Below are positions 10,639 to 21,800 of a DNA stretch of 64,000 nucleotides, piece after piece (position 1 is the first letter of the stretch; each line of letters starts with the position of its first letter). The DNA comes from Candidatus Kapaibacterium sp. (GTDB lineage: Bacteria; Bacteroidota; Ignavibacteria; Kapaibacteriales; UBA2268). The notes under the pieces are model-generated. The model saw only the letters and a program-made list of their open reading frames with translations. It was not told the origin of the DNA and made no database searches. The translations under genes and the position numbers were made by a program. The DNA lies in the NCBI GenBank assembly GCA_963665665.1, contig OY762428.1, positions 384,001 to 448,000 on the forward strand, in the 5' to 3' direction.

Positions 10639-12681
10639 TTATACTTCGTCAATTTCCTTCTGGGATACTTTATTGCTCATGAACCAGAACAATACGACGA
10701 TACCTATAAAGGCAAAGAGAGCAAGAATTTCCGGGCCATGTCCGGCTGCTTCGCCCCAAATACTCTTAGCTACGCTGATACCGTCTTTGGCAAGATCGGT
10801 TCCGGGATACATAACTCCGAGCAGATATTTAATAACAGCACCGATAACACCGAATATGGCTGCACCGGCAATAAATCCTGAAGAAATAAGAGTTCCTTTC
10901 GCATGACGTGCTTTGTTGACTTTTTCATCTTTAGAACGTTTCTGGATGAAGTGTGCCAGTAAACCGCCAACGAGAAGAGGAGTGTTCAGTTCAAGAGGCA
11001 GGTACATACCAAGTGCAAATGCCAAAGGTGAAATATTAATAGCATTAAGAAGCAATGCAATAATAGCTCCAACAAGGTAGAATACCCAAAGAACCTGCGC
11101 ATCAGGAGACATAAGTGGTTTGATAATAGCTGCCATAGCGTTAGCCTGAGGAGCGATCATCGGATCAGGATGATCCGCTGTCATTACAAAACCATAAGCT
11201 TCGTTAAGAACGAATATTACTGCGCCTACAGTTGCAGCTGATATTAATGTTCCGAGAAATTTCCAGGACTGCTGCTTAACAGGAGTGGAACCGAGCCAGT
11301 AACCAACTTTAAGGTCAGTTATGAAACCTCCGGCCATTGAAAGGGCTGTACATACGACACCGCCGATTACCAGTGCGCTAATCATACCCTGCTCGCCACT
11401 AAGGCCTGCAGCAGAAAGTATAACTGATGACAGAATAAGTGTCATTAACGTCATACCTGATACAGGGTTTGAACCAACAATAGCAATAGCATTTGCAGCT
11501 ACAGTTGTAAACAGGAAGGAAATAACACCAACTGTGATAAATGCAAGCAATGCCTGAACAAATGTTACTTCAACACCAAGGAAAATGAAAAGGAATATTG
11601 CAATAAGCGTAAGAACTGAAAATACTGCAATGAAAGTCATTTTCAGGTCTTTCTGTGTTCTTTCGGCATTGGCATCATCGCCACCGCCGCCTTTAAGGCT
11701 TCTTACAGCCAAACCAAAGGCACTGCCAATTATCTTGGATGATTTAAGGATACCAATAATACCGGCCATAGCAATTGCGCCTATACCAATATGCCTTACA
11801 TAGTCAAAGAAAATGGTAGATGCAGACATATCAGCAAACATATTTGTTCCGCCGCCTGCTTCTGCAACCATCGCTCCAACTTCATTTATCAATGGTACAA
11901 GTACGAACCATGATAGTAAAGAACCTACAGCAATAATGGTGGAGAAACGGAGGCCGACAAGATAACCAAAACCAAAGATCATGGAACTTACATTCAAATG
12001 GAATTCCATTTTCATGTCTGTTGCAAGTTGCTGTCCCCAGCCAAAGATTTTGGAAGAGAATGCCTCAGACCAGATTTTCAGGGATGAGGCAACGAAATCA
12101 TACAAACCACCAATAAGGCCTGCAACAATCAAAAGCTTTGCATTTGTGCCGCCTTTTTCGCCGGTAATCAGGATTTCAGTTGTAGCGGTAGCTTCCGGGA
12201 AGGGAAACTTACCATGCATATCCTTAACAAAATATTTCCTGAACGGTATCAGGAACAAAATGCCAAGAAAACCGCCAAGCAGCGATGCAAAAAAGATCTG
12301 ATAGAAACTTACCTCAAGATCCAGAATATACAATGCCGGCAGAGTAAAAATTGCACCGGCAACAACAACACCTGAACTGGCGCCGATTGACTGAATAATA
12401 ACATTCTGTCCAAGAGCCTGTTTCTTTTTGAGTGCCGCAGATGCGCCAACGGCAATTATAGAGATGGGAATAGCAGCTTCAATTACCTGGCCAATTTTCA
12501 GGCCGGAATATGCTGCCGCCGCTGAAAAGATAACGGCCATTAGCAAACCCATGAAAACCGAGTAAGGAGTTACCTCGGGAAATTTCATATTAGCCGGCAT
12601 TACCGGTTTATACTCTTCACCGGGCTTCAATTCCCTGTGGGCATTTCCGGGTAAACCGTCTTTACCGATATTTTGTTCCAT
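10639..12681 (-). CDS. Oligopeptide transporter, OPT family
   Basis: FPFPEATAT, GSNPVSGMTL, DLKVGYWLG and APQANAMA motifs; many TM helices. Start placed at MEQNIGK (ggag SD) rather than 12759. Confidence 0.92.
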   Translation of the reverse strand: MEQNIGKDGLPGNAHRELKPGEEYKPVMPANMKFPEVTPYSVFMGLLMAVIFSAAAAYSGLKIGQVIEAAIPISIIAVGASAALKKKQALGQNVIIQSIGASSGVVVAGAIFTLPALYILDLEVSFYQIFFASLLGGFLGILFLIPFRKYFVKDMHGKFPFPEATATTEILITGEKGGTNAKLLIVAGLIGGLYDFVASSLKIWSEAFSSKIFGWGQQLATDMKMEFHLNVSSMIFGFGYLVGLRFSTIIAVGSLLSWFVLVPLINEVGAMVAEAGGGTNMFADMSASTIFFDYVRHIGIGAIAMAGIIGILKSSKIIGSAFGLAVRSLKGGGGDDANAERTQKDLKMTFIAVFSVLTLIAIFLFIFLGVEVTFVQALLAFITVGVISFLFTTVAANAIAIVGSNPVSGMTLMTLILSSVILSAAGLSGEQGMISALVIGGVVCTALSMAGGFITDLKVGYWLGSTPVKQQSWKFLGTLISAATVGAVIFVLNEAYGFVMTADHPDPMIAPQANAMAAIIKPLMSPDAQVLWVFYLVGAIIALLLNAINISPLAFALGMYLPLELNTPLLVGGLLAHFIQKRSKDEKVNKARHAKGTLISSGFIAGAAIFGVIGAVIKYLLGVMYPGTDLAKDGISVAKSIWGEAAGHGPEILALFAFIGIVVLFWFMSNKVSQKEIDEV

Positions 12682-12760
12682 CAATACTCCTGATGTATAA
12701 TTTATCAAATGTGTGAATGTTCTGAAAATTAGAAAATTGATATATAATGTTTTGAACAAC

Positions 12761-12868
12761 TGTCATTCCCCGACCTGTCAGGGCAGGCTTCAGGAGCAAA
12801 GCGACTGAAGAATCCATTTTAATCAAATTTCACAGATAAATGGATTCTTCGCTACGCTCAGAATGACA
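12761..12868. repeat. REP-like palindromic element (GTCATTC...GAAGAATC/GATTCTTCGCTACGCTCAGAATGAC type)
   Basis: Terminal inverted repeat tgtcattc/gaatgaca; inner perfect 13-bp stem gaagaatccattt (12807-12819) / aaatggattcttc (12838-12850). Confidence 0.8.
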
Positions 12869-12899
12869 TTATCAACTTATGACAACATCAATTATCAAT

Positions 12900-14150
12900 T
12901 TATGATTTCTTTTCAACCCAGATTCTGCCAAGATTAATAATTGTCTCAACAGCTTTTACAAGAGCATCGGCAGACATCCATTCAGTTTTACTATGGAAAT
13001 TCTGGCCGCCTGTGTAAATATTCGGGCAGGGAAGTCCCATTTCAGTCAGCCTGGAACCATCCGTTCCACCCCTGATCGGACTCCAATGCGGTTCAACTCC
13101 TGAAGCAACTGCTGCTTCCCAAAGATAGTCGCAACCTTCGGGTTTTTCTTCAAGAGAATCACGCATATTTCTATACATTTCAATAATTTCAAGATTGATT
13201 TCAGCTTTAGGATGCATTTTACGGGCAACTTCAATTATGTTTTCCATGATCTTTTTCTGATCATCCAGTCCGGCAGTAACGAAGTCACGGAATAATATTT
13301 TTAAAGTGGATTTGCCAACGCCGCCTTCAAGTATATATGGATGAATATAAGGTTCATAGCCTTCTGTTGTTTCAGGAGCCATAAGTTTAGGCATCATTGC
13401 GATAATATCAGCCATAACCCTGATCGAGTTCACCATGATATCTTTTGCTGCACCGGGGTGAATGTCGCGGCCTTTAACCGTAACGATAGCAGAATTGGCG
13501 CTGAATGTTTCTTTGTTAAGTTCGCCGGGCATTTCACCATCAAGAGTGTAAGCATACTCGCAATTGAAACCTTCAAGATCGAAAAATTTAGTTCCCTGGC
13601 CAATTTCTTCATCAGGAGTAAAGCTGACACGAATATCTCCATGAATTGCTTCAGGATTTTTTGTCCAATATTCAAGAGCAGTCATAATTCCTGCAACACC
13701 GGATTTATCGTCAGAACCGAGAAGAGTTGTTCCGTCGGTTGTAATAATAGTATGTCCGATACATTTTTCGAGCGCAGGATTTTCTTCTGTTTTCAGGGTA
13801 ATCTCTCCGTTAGGAAGCTTGATATCACCGCCCTGGTAATTTTCGATTATTTGCGGCTTCACATCTTTTCCGGAAACTTCAGGTGATGTGTCCACATGTG
13901 CAAGAAAACCAATCGCGGGAACTTTACCATAAGCAGGGTGGTCAGTCGGGACATTGCTTTTCAGTGTAGCTGTAACATAGCAATGATCGTCGATTTTCAC
14001 ATCATCAAGCCCAAGCGCTTTAAGTTCCTCAACAAGAAGGTTGCCAAGGTCAAATTGTTTCTGAGTACTTGGTGTTGTGCCTGTCTCATCCTGTGATTGC
14101 GTATCTATCTTCGCATATCTCAGGAATTTTTCAAGAACAGTTTGCTTCAT
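12900..14150 (-). CDS. pepT: Peptidase T (M20 tripeptidase)
   Basis: AHVDTS, LGSDDKSG, FTPDEEIG, IRGGTDGS and NFHS motifs. Confidence 0.95.
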   Translation of the reverse strand: MKQTVLEKFLRYAKIDTQSQDETGTTPSTQKQFDLGNLLVEELKALGLDDVKIDDHCYVTATLKSNVPTDHPAYGKVPAIGFLAHVDTSPEVSGKDVKPQIIENYQGGDIKLPNGEITLKTEENPALEKCIGHTIITTDGTTLLGSDDKSGVAGIMTALEYWTKNPEAIHGDIRVSFTPDEEIGQGTKFFDLEGFNCEYAYTLDGEMPGELNKETFSANSAIVTVKGRDIHPGAAKDIMVNSIRVMADIIAMMPKLMAPETTEGYEPYIHPYILEGGVGKSTLKILFRDFVTAGLDDQKKIMENIIEVARKMHPKAEINLEIIEMYRNMRDSLEEKPEGCDYLWEAAVASGVEPHWSPIRGGTDGSRLTEMGLPCPNIYTGGQNFHSKTEWMSADALVKAVETIINLGRIWVEKKS

Positions 14151-14283
14151 ATTATTACCTGTTTTATTATTTAAAAATATATAAAAAATTGCCGTCTAAA
14201 AACATGCAAAATTACAATTTAAGAAATTAAAGGCGGAATATAAAGCATTGAATTGGAATGTTAATAAATTGATTCCAAAATAT

Positions 14284-14312
14284 AAAAAAATCCGGCAAAT
14301 TATGCCGGATTT
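14284..14312 (-). terminator. Intrinsic terminator
   Basis: aaatccggca-aatta-tgccggattt, with a U tract on the minus strand. Confidence 0.8.
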
Positions 14313-14334
14313 GAATTTTTTTATTTTTTTTATT

Positions 14335-14712
14335 TTATTCCTTCAATGATTCTGTCAGAGCTGTTACAAACCTTTTGTGTTTATTTGCATCCACACCCTT
14401 TAGTGTAACCCTTTGCATCAGATTAATCAGATCGCTTATAATTGTTCTCTCAGTGGGAGCTTTAATCTTGTCAAACGATTTTAATTTTTGCTGTTGTGCC
14501 TGGTTAATGGCATTTTCGAGATATGATTTAACATTAATATAGGCATCTACCTCGGCCCCCTTGATTTCAATTGTTTTCAGCGAATGATAAGCATAAGCCA
14601 TATCTTCAACCAGGAATTCCGGGATAACAATATCGGGACCATCCTTTGCGTAAGAAATCCCGATTAGTAAGAATGCTGTAACAGCAATTAATATATTTCT
14701 AATAATTATCAT
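14335..14712 (-). CDS. Hypothetical exported protein
   Basis: 125 aa with a signal peptide ending ISYA-K; starts 2 nt after the porQ stop. Confidence 0.7.
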   Translation of the reverse strand: MIIIRNILIAVTAFLLIGISYAKDGPDIVIPEFLVEDMAYAYHSLKTIEIKGAEVDAYINVKSYLENAINQAQQQKLKSFDKIKAPTERTIISDLINLMQRVTLKGVDANKHKRFVTALTESLKE

Positions 14713-14714
14713 AG

Positions 14715-15656
14715 TTATAAATTAAGCGCAACACTAAATCTGTGGAGTGAAGCAGATGAACCCATCATAGATATTGCATAGTCAATATTAAATTTATTTG
14801 CCTTTATACCAACACCACCGGAAAATCCCGACATCTTGCGATCGGACTGAATACTTGTAAGCCTGCGAATCTGATTATCATATCCAAGGCGTGCCTGGAT
14901 ATATTCACCAATATAAAATTCGCCGCCAACAGAGAAATTCATAAATTTATCAAAGAAATTATCTTCCTCATCGCCAAGATGGTGGAAAGAGAAATTAAAC
15001 AGCAGTGGCAAACCGCGTAGCCTGTGGTTAAAGCCTGCACGAATATCAAGAGGAAGTTTTTCACTCATCCCCCCTACCTTGGAAAGCTGAGTTCCTGCAT
15101 GAAGAACAGACAATCCAATATGCGTTCTGCCATCCGGCATCCTGTAAAGAAGGCCGGCATCAATTGCAAAAGCAGTTGAATTAGCTTCTTCAAGAGTAAT
15201 GAAAATAAATTTTCCTGTTACTCCGTAAAAAAGATTTGTATCAAGTTCATCTGCATAGGAAACTCCGAGGGAAATATCATTGGCTCCGAAAGTGCCGTCA
15301 ATATTTCCATACATATCAGCCCTTTCAAAAGAACCGTAATTTGTATAATTAATTGTTCCTGAAAAAATGCCTGTTCCTTCAAATTCACGTGTATATGTCA
15401 CCATACCGGAATTGATATCAAGGACATGCTTCAGGAATGTTGCAGAGAATTTTTTTTCTTCAACCGTGTAAATTGTAGCCGGATTGAAAACCACGGCAGC
15501 AGGATCGCCCGGCATCGATACATAACAACCCGAAAGAGCCGCAGCCCTGGCATTTGATGCAGTTCTTAAAAAATGATAAGGAGAAACCTCGGTTGCCTTC
15601 ACGTCTAAAATACTGATAAATAAGATTGTTGCTAAAAATACAAAAAGCTTTTTCAT
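14715..15656 (-). CDS. porQ: Type IX secretion system outer-membrane barrel, PorQ/PorV family
   Basis: FLRTASNARAAALSG, AVVFNPA, NYGSFERAD.YGN..GTF and beta-strand pattern ending HRFSVALNL. Start at MKKLFVFL. Confidence 0.78.
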   Translation of the reverse strand: MKKLFVFLATILFISILDVKATEVSPYHFLRTASNARAAALSGCYVSMPGDPAAVVFNPATIYTVEEKKFSATFLKHVLDINSGMVTYTREFEGTGIFSGTINYTNYGSFERADMYGNIDGTFGANDISLGVSYADELDTNLFYGVTGKFIFITLEEANSTAFAIDAGLLYRMPDGRTHIGLSVLHAGTQLSKVGGMSEKLPLDIRAGFNHRLRGLPLLFNFSFHHLGDEEDNFFDKFMNFSVGGEFYIGEYIQARLGYDNQIRRLTSIQSDRKMSGFSGGVGIKANKFNIDYAISMMGSSASLHRFSVALNL

Positions 15657-15778
15657 AGATATAAATCCTGATAATTCACAAAAATGAAGGCTCAAAATTC
15701 ATAGGCAAATTTTACTTTTTAATTTAAATTACACTTACGCCATTCATTAAAACCTGAAAATAAGCATTCTCAGACAAA

Positions 15779-16234
15779 TTATAAACGATTTTTTATATTA
15801 TTAATTGCTTCCCTAAATATTTTGGGAGGTTTAACAGGCCTGCCGGTTTCGATATTAAGAAAGGAATGAACCGTAAAACCTTCAGCAAGAAGTTCATCTC
15901 CACGCCAAACCCTGTAGTCAAACCTTAGCAATGGTTTTAGTTCAAGTGGCATAATTGCCTCGATATCAAGAAGGTCGTCATAATAAGATGACTTGATATA
16001 TTTCGCATAAGATTCGACTAACGGCAGAAGATAACCCGCTTTTTCAAATCCGGAATAAGGAGAGCCAAAATGGCGCATCAGCTCCGCCCTGCCAACTTCA
16101 AAATAGGTAAAATAGTTTCCGTTGTAAACAACTCCCATTTTATCGGTATCCGCATATCTGACCCTGACCTGCGTTCTGTGCCTTACTATCGTTTCATTTA
16201 CTTCAGCTTTCATATCAAACAGCGCCGGCATCAA
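15779..16234 (-). CDS. Acyl-CoA thioesterase, YbgC/FadM (4-HBT) family
   Basis: VRVRYADTDKMGVVYNGNYFTYFEVGR motif. Confidence 0.9.
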   Translation of the reverse strand: MMPALFDMKAEVNETIVRHRTQVRVRYADTDKMGVVYNGNYFTYFEVGRAELMRHFGSPYSGFEKAGYLLPLVESYAKYIKSSYYDDLLDIEAIMPLELKPLLRFDYRVWRGDELLAEGFTVHSFLNIETGRPVKPPKIFREAINNIKNRL

Positions 16235-17195
16235 TCTGAGACATCAATTCAATTATCCTTTCCAGGTCGTCCTTGGAATAAAATTCCAGTTCAATAATTC
16301 CGCTTTCCTCAGATTTGGGATTAATTTTTACCTGTGTACCAAGAATATGCCTTAATTTATCTTCTGTATCTTCAAGTATAACAGCGATATCCGGAGCTAA
16401 GCCCGGTTTATTTTTCTTCGGCCTTCCCTTTTTCTCAACAATTATTCTTCCGTGATCGTCAAGCTTTACTTTGCCATCTTCGATTTCCTTAACGAGAGCT
16501 TCTGTTGCCCTTACGCTTAGCTTGTTTTCCTCTATCATCTTGTGGGCAGAAAGCATTCTTTCGGTTGAACTAAGCGACAACAATGCCCTGGCATGCCCCA
16601 TCGATAATGATTTATGCCGCAGACTGTCCTGTATCTGTACGGGAAGTTTAAGAAGCCTGAGGAAATTTGTTATAGTCGAGCGGTCTTTACCGACTTTAAC
16701 AGCCACCTGTTCCTGTGTAAGGTGGCATTCCTCTATAAGCCGCTGATAACCTGAAGCCGTCTCGATAGGATTAAGGTTCTCTCGTTGAATATTTTCGATA
16801 ATTGTGATTGCAAGGCTGTCAACACCGCGATCAAGATCGAGTATATACGCGGGAATTTCGCTAAGCCCGGCAGCTGTAGATGCTCGCAGACGTCTCTCCC
16901 CGGCAATTAATTCATAGCCGTTAATATCTTTTCTTACCGTTATAGGCTGAATAACACCATGCTCCTCGATAGAACGTTTTAAACCGTCCAAAGCAATCGG
17001 ATCGAAATCCTGGCGCGGCTGGTAAGGATTTGTATGTATCTTTGATATTTCTATCATTGCAAGCTGCCCGCCTGTCTGATTTTCATCTTGTTCTTCGGGG
17101 GCAACTTTAAAACCTTTCTCCCTGAATTCAATTGAAGGGAGAAGTGCTCCCAGCCCTTTGCCTAAGCCAGTTTGTATTTTTTTCTTTTTAGTCAT
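16215..17195 (-). CDS. parB: Chromosome partitioning protein ParB/Spo0J
   Basis: GLGKGLGALL, NPYQPR, IAGERRLRA and ENIQRENLNPIE motifs; HTH region TQEQVAVKVGKDRSTITN. Confidence 0.96.
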   Translation of the reverse strand: MTKKKKIQTGLGKGLGALLPSIEFREKGFKVAPEEQDENQTGGQLAMIEISKIHTNPYQPRQDFDPIALDGLKRSIEEHGVIQPITVRKDINGYELIAGERRLRASTAAGLSEIPAYILDLDRGVDSLAITIIENIQRENLNPIETASGYQRLIEECHLTQEQVAVKVGKDRSTITNFLRLLKLPVQIQDSLRHKSLSMGHARALLSLSSTERMLSAHKMIEENKLSVRATEALVKEIEDGKVKLDDHGRIIVEKKGRPKKNKPGLAPDIAVILEDTEDKLRHILGTQVKINPKSEESGIIELEFYSKDDLERIIELMSQIDAGAV

Positions 17196-17219
17196 TTATA
17201 ATATGCTGTTTGAAAAACA

Positions 17220-18002
17220 TTATTTCTTTACAAGATAATTTTTGTTCTTGCTGACAATTTCCCTTGCAAGCTGCAGGTAATTCTTAGTACCATTGCAGGA
17301 AGCATCATAAAGAATTACCGGCTTGCCGTGGCTTGGTGCTTCGGACAATCGGACATTCCTTGAAATAATAGTCTGAAATACTTTATTCTCGAAATGCTTT
17401 GTAACTTCTTCAACAACCTGGTTGGAAAGCCTTAGCCTGGCATCGAACATTGTAAGCAATACACCTTCAATATCCAGATCGGGATTCAAATGATACCTTA
17501 CAATTGATATGGTATTCAGTAACTGCCCTAATCCTTCAAGAGCATAATACTCACATTGTACGGGAATTAGTACAGAATCCGCAGCAGTAAGGGCATTAAG
17601 TGTCAGTAGCCCGAGTGAAGGCGGACAGTCAATGATAATAAAGCTGAACTTATCCCTAACGTCATCCAGAGCTTTTTTCAGAACCATTTCCCTTTTGCTC
17701 ACATTAACCATTTCAATTTCAGCGCCAACAAGATTAATATGAGAAGGTAGTAGTTTCAGATATGGCATTTCAGTTTTCTGAAGCGTATCAGGAACGGGGA
17801 GGTCATTTACAAGAACTTCATAAATAGTTCTGTCAAGTTCTTTACTATTCACACCCACACCGTTTGAAGCATTTGCCTGCGGATCGATATCCACAAGCAG
17901 CACAGGATGTTCTGCCGCTGCCAAAGAGGCAGCGAGATTGACGGATGTTGTGGTTTTACCAACACCGCCCTTTTGATTTGCAACTGTTATTATTTTTCCC
18001 AT
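17220..18002 (-). CDS. parA: Chromosome partitioning ATPase ParA/Soj
   Basis: [24 protein letters not shown] and [12 protein letters not shown] motifs. Confidence 0.96.
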   Translation of the reverse strand: MGKIITVANQKGGVGKTTTSVNLAASLAAAEHPVLLVDIDPQANASNGVGVNSKELDRTIYEVLVNDLPVPDTLQKTEMPYLKLLPSHINLVGAEIEMVNVSKREMVLKKALDDVRDKFSFIIIDCPPSLGLLTLNALTAADSVLIPVQCEYYALEGLGQLLNTISIVRYHLNPDLDIEGVLLTMFDARLRLSNQVVEEVTKHFENKVFQTIISRNVRLSEAPSHGKPVILYDASCNGTKNYLQLAREIVSKNKNYLVKK

Positions 18003-18032
18003 TTCAATCTAAATTAAATTTCGGCTATGCCG

Positions 18033-18590
18033 TTAAAAATTATATTTTTTACCAAATTTCATCATAAAGGAAAAAAAAGCATTCAACACTAATGAATGAT
18101 CAATTCTGCCATCTAAAATCATTTCTTTAACTTCTGCGAAACTATATTCCACCACCCTGATATCTTCGTTGCCATCTAAATGCTGATCCCCTTTTTTTTC
18201 ACAATCAAACCATACATAAGAATAGCAGGTATTGTTTAGAAAGGCGGGATTTGGCCTTACCTTGCAAAGTAGTTCCGCATTTAGTGATGAACTGTACCCG
18301 GTTTCCTCCGAACATTCTCTTTCACCCGCAGTTCCCGGCATTTCACCTTTTTCAATCAGCCCACCGGGTATTTCAAGCGTAATATCGTCAATACCATGGC
18401 GATATTGTTCAACAAAAACAATTTTATTATCCTTCGTTATAGGAATAATATTTACCCAGTCGGCAGAATCAAGAACAACAAAATTTGATTCTTTGTCCCA
18501 TTCAGGATGCCTGCGTTTTATCCAGGACACATCAAATATCTTGAAATTATCTGCCTTCTTTTTACTGACTGTTTCCCATTTCGAAATCAT
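18033..18590 (-). CDS. NUDIX hydrolase (ADP-ribose pyrophosphatase-like)
   Basis: VEQYRH..LEIPGG and Nudix box GLIEKGEMPGTAGERECSEETG. Confidence 0.9.
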   Translation of the reverse strand: MISKWETVSKKKADNFKIFDVSWIKRRHPEWDKESNFVVLDSADWVNIIPITKDNKIVFVEQYRHGIDDITLEIPGGLIEKGEMPGTAGERECSEETGYSSSLNAELLCKVRPNPAFLNNTCYSYVWFDCEKKGDQHLDGNEDIRVVEYSFAEVKEMILDGRIDHSLVLNAFFSFMMKFGKKYNF

Positions 18591-18647
18591 AATATCCTTT
18601 ATACGGCTTCCAGATTACAACTGATAAAAGAGTAATTATATAAATAA

Positions 18648-18679
18648 ACCTGACAGGATTACAGACCATCCTGTCAGGT
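18648..18679. repeat. Perfect 12-bp inverted repeat (REP-like or 5'-leader hairpin)
   Basis: acctgacaggat-(8 nt)-atcctgtcaggt. Confidence 0.7.
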
Positions 18680-18831
18680 ACAAAAATACATAAAATATCA
18701 AAGACTTTATGAACGTCACACAGTTTTCATTATAAAAGTTTTCAACAAAATTCTTTAGCAATTTGATACTTAATTACATATATATCATAATATTACTTCA
18801 TCAGATACACAAAAGCAACAATGTGGAAAAC

Positions 18832-21800
18832 TTATTTGATTATATTGAAAACCCGGCTGTAAATATCTCCCGGTGTTTTCATAATAATAATATAGGAACC
18901 CGTAGAATATTCCGAACTATGTAATTGAAATTCCATTCCTTTCGAATCAGTATGTCCTTTGAACAAGGTTTTAATCCTATTACCAAGAATATCAGTTACG
19001 AATATTTCTGTCTGGCCTTCTTCAAGAAGGTCTATAATTAAATCAGAAGTTTCATTCACTGGATTGGGCAATACCCTTATAGTGGTGGTATTTCCCCAGG
19101 GGTCTATAAACCGGGGATTATCTCCCTCGATACAAATATCAGTCAGAATAAATTTACCTCCGCTGGTATCGAATTTGATAAATCCGTTTTCGGCCGTCGC
19201 ATTATGAATAATCAGTTCGGTTTCTGCTTTTCTTCCGAGCATTGCCCTGAAACTAAAACTTTCAACGGGATTATTTTCTACCCATTCGGACAGGCTAATG
19301 TCAGATAACTGTATTATTCTCATTCCTTCAGAGTCAACATACCCGGTGGGAGTATTGCCAACAGGTTTTAAAAGTGTGGCATCAAATTTTAGTTCGGCCG
19401 AGATACTTTTATGAATTGCGGGAACAACATTGACCGTATTTTTCAGGAACAATTCAAACTCTATATAATCCCCTGCAGAAGCAATAATTTCTTCAGGTGC
19501 GGCTATAATCGCCTGCGAACGTAAATATGTAAATTTTCCGCCTGTTTCAACAAAAGAAATTTTTCCGTTATCAGAACTGGTTGAACTAAATGTCAGGTCG
19601 CATTCATTCTTTGTTTCTGAATGCAATACGTTGAAAACAACAGTTGCAACTATCTGGTTATCTTCATTTACATCAATTGGCAGGCCAGCCAGGTCAATCA
19701 TCCCGGTATTTGAAAATCCTACAGGCTCCAGAAGATCAGTATCATAACTTAAAACGGAAGACAAAGAGGCTGATCCGCTATATTCAATAAAACTCAAATC
19801 ATCAAGCTCAATTTCAACATCAATAGTTCCTCCTGATACCTGCGAATACTCACCTGTGGAAATTTCAGCAAGAGCAGCTCCGGGATTACCAATCAAACGT
19901 ATTGAGTTCCCGTCAGAAACAGAGCAAGGTTCCGCATTGATAATCAGATAAGAGGTAACCGAGCTTGGATCATCCGGGTTATACCTGATTTCAACACTTA
20001 TACTATCAAATGCAGGAATAGTATTTGCTGAAAAGGACAGGACAGTAAACTGCGAGTTGTCCGGTTGAAGATCAGCCAAAGAACTAATGGAAATATCCAG
20101 CGGAGTTTCGTTTACAAGGTAAATAGTCTGATCTTTGGGTGTTCCAAGGTCAGTTGTAAAAATATAGTCCCTGTCAGCAAATTCAGGCTGATAAACATCA
20201 ACGTTAAGAACAACTTCCGTTATTGAATTGCAGAGAGTATCGGTTATCTGCAAAATTTCAGTATAGCTTCCGGCATTAGGATAATTTACATAAATTGATA
20301 ACTCACCGCTACTCCCCCAGTCAATAGTAATATCCGAATTGTCAGGAGTGAAACCTCCGACTGAAGGAATACTTAGATCAGCAGCTATTGAACCATCATT
20401 TGTAATAGTTATTGATTTAGTGATTGTTTTACCGGGACAATTGAATCCAAAATCAAGAGTATCTAAATCCGAAGATATTTTTATATCGTCAATAAATCCA
20501 TTTAATGGAATTTGAAAATCAGCAGCATTCTCGGAATTATTTGAAATTTTTAAAGAGGCACTTTTTGCTCCTGCCATATATCCTTTGAAATACAATGTCA
20601 GTTCAGTTTCCGTATCAGGATCAATTGTAACAGGATATGCAAGCGTATCAAAATAGAAATATTCCGGATTACTACCTGTAATTTCAATATTATTAATTTC
20701 CAGAGGCCCCAAACCGGAATTTTTAAGTGCAATTTTAGTTGAAGTCAGTGTATCCCTGCAATTAAGGTTATCAAATTCCACGCTGGCAACTGATTCAATA
20801 TTAGCCCTGCCTTTACCCATGGCTTTTAATTGTCCTATCACACTGATTTTGTCTGTTTTTATAAGAATTTCAGCTTCATAAGACCTTGTCTCGTCCGGCA
20901 CAAAATAATATTCAAAATCAACACACTGGCCGGCTTCAATCTCCATTCCGCGATAAATACCATCTGTAATATGAAAATATGTAGCGTCAGATCCCTGTAT
21001 ATAGTAGTCGGTAATTTTAATTTTATTGCAAGAATGATTACAGAAAATACCTGTAAAATTTTTTGTTAGTGAAACATTAAGCGGGGTAGATCCCAAATCG
21101 GCAACAGAATGATAAATATAACCGGCAGAAGGATTAATAATTGTTCCGCTGCATGCATTTGTTTCCAGCATTATAGCAGCCTGATGGCATAAAGAATCAT
21201 TCGGGGTATATCTAAGCCGAACATCTCTTACATCTCCGGGCTGCATAGTTCCGCCAAGCCCTGATTCTATGCCGAACCTGCCGTCATTTGATGAAAAACC
21301 GTCAAGAACCACAGGATTATTTATCGCTTTAAATTCAAGAACTATTTCCGAATATCCCGGAGTTCCGGGATCAATATTTAAGAACTCATGGTTTGCATTT
21401 TGAATTATTAGGGCTGGCTTAACAGTTTCGGGAATAGTGTATTCAAAATAATCATCAGCCGGCCCTAATGGGGGATTCAGCCTTATATGCAAATCACCTC
21501 CGTCGCAGCAGCTTGTCCATTCTATTTCGCAGGGAGCCGGATAATCGTCCGGATCAATATTATCAAGAATATAATCATAGATATCCTGTACCTGCTCTTC
21601 TCCTTTGAAATCCGGAAATACTTCTCCGCCGGAAGATCCTGCTATTGCACCAAGTTGTTCTATTGATCCTCCCTCTATTACACCCATAGTCAGAGCGTAA
21701 AAAGTAGCATTTATACTTAATAGTGAATCCTGTACTTCACCTGATTTGAAAGGCCCGTAGGTTACTTCTTTATGTTCCCCGTCGGTAAGAAATATTATAA

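Noticed and set aside
16215-18831. parS site or oriC next to parAB
   Set aside because: No TGTTTCACGTGAAACA-like palindrome spotted by eye, and no dense DnaA-box cluster or dnaA gene.
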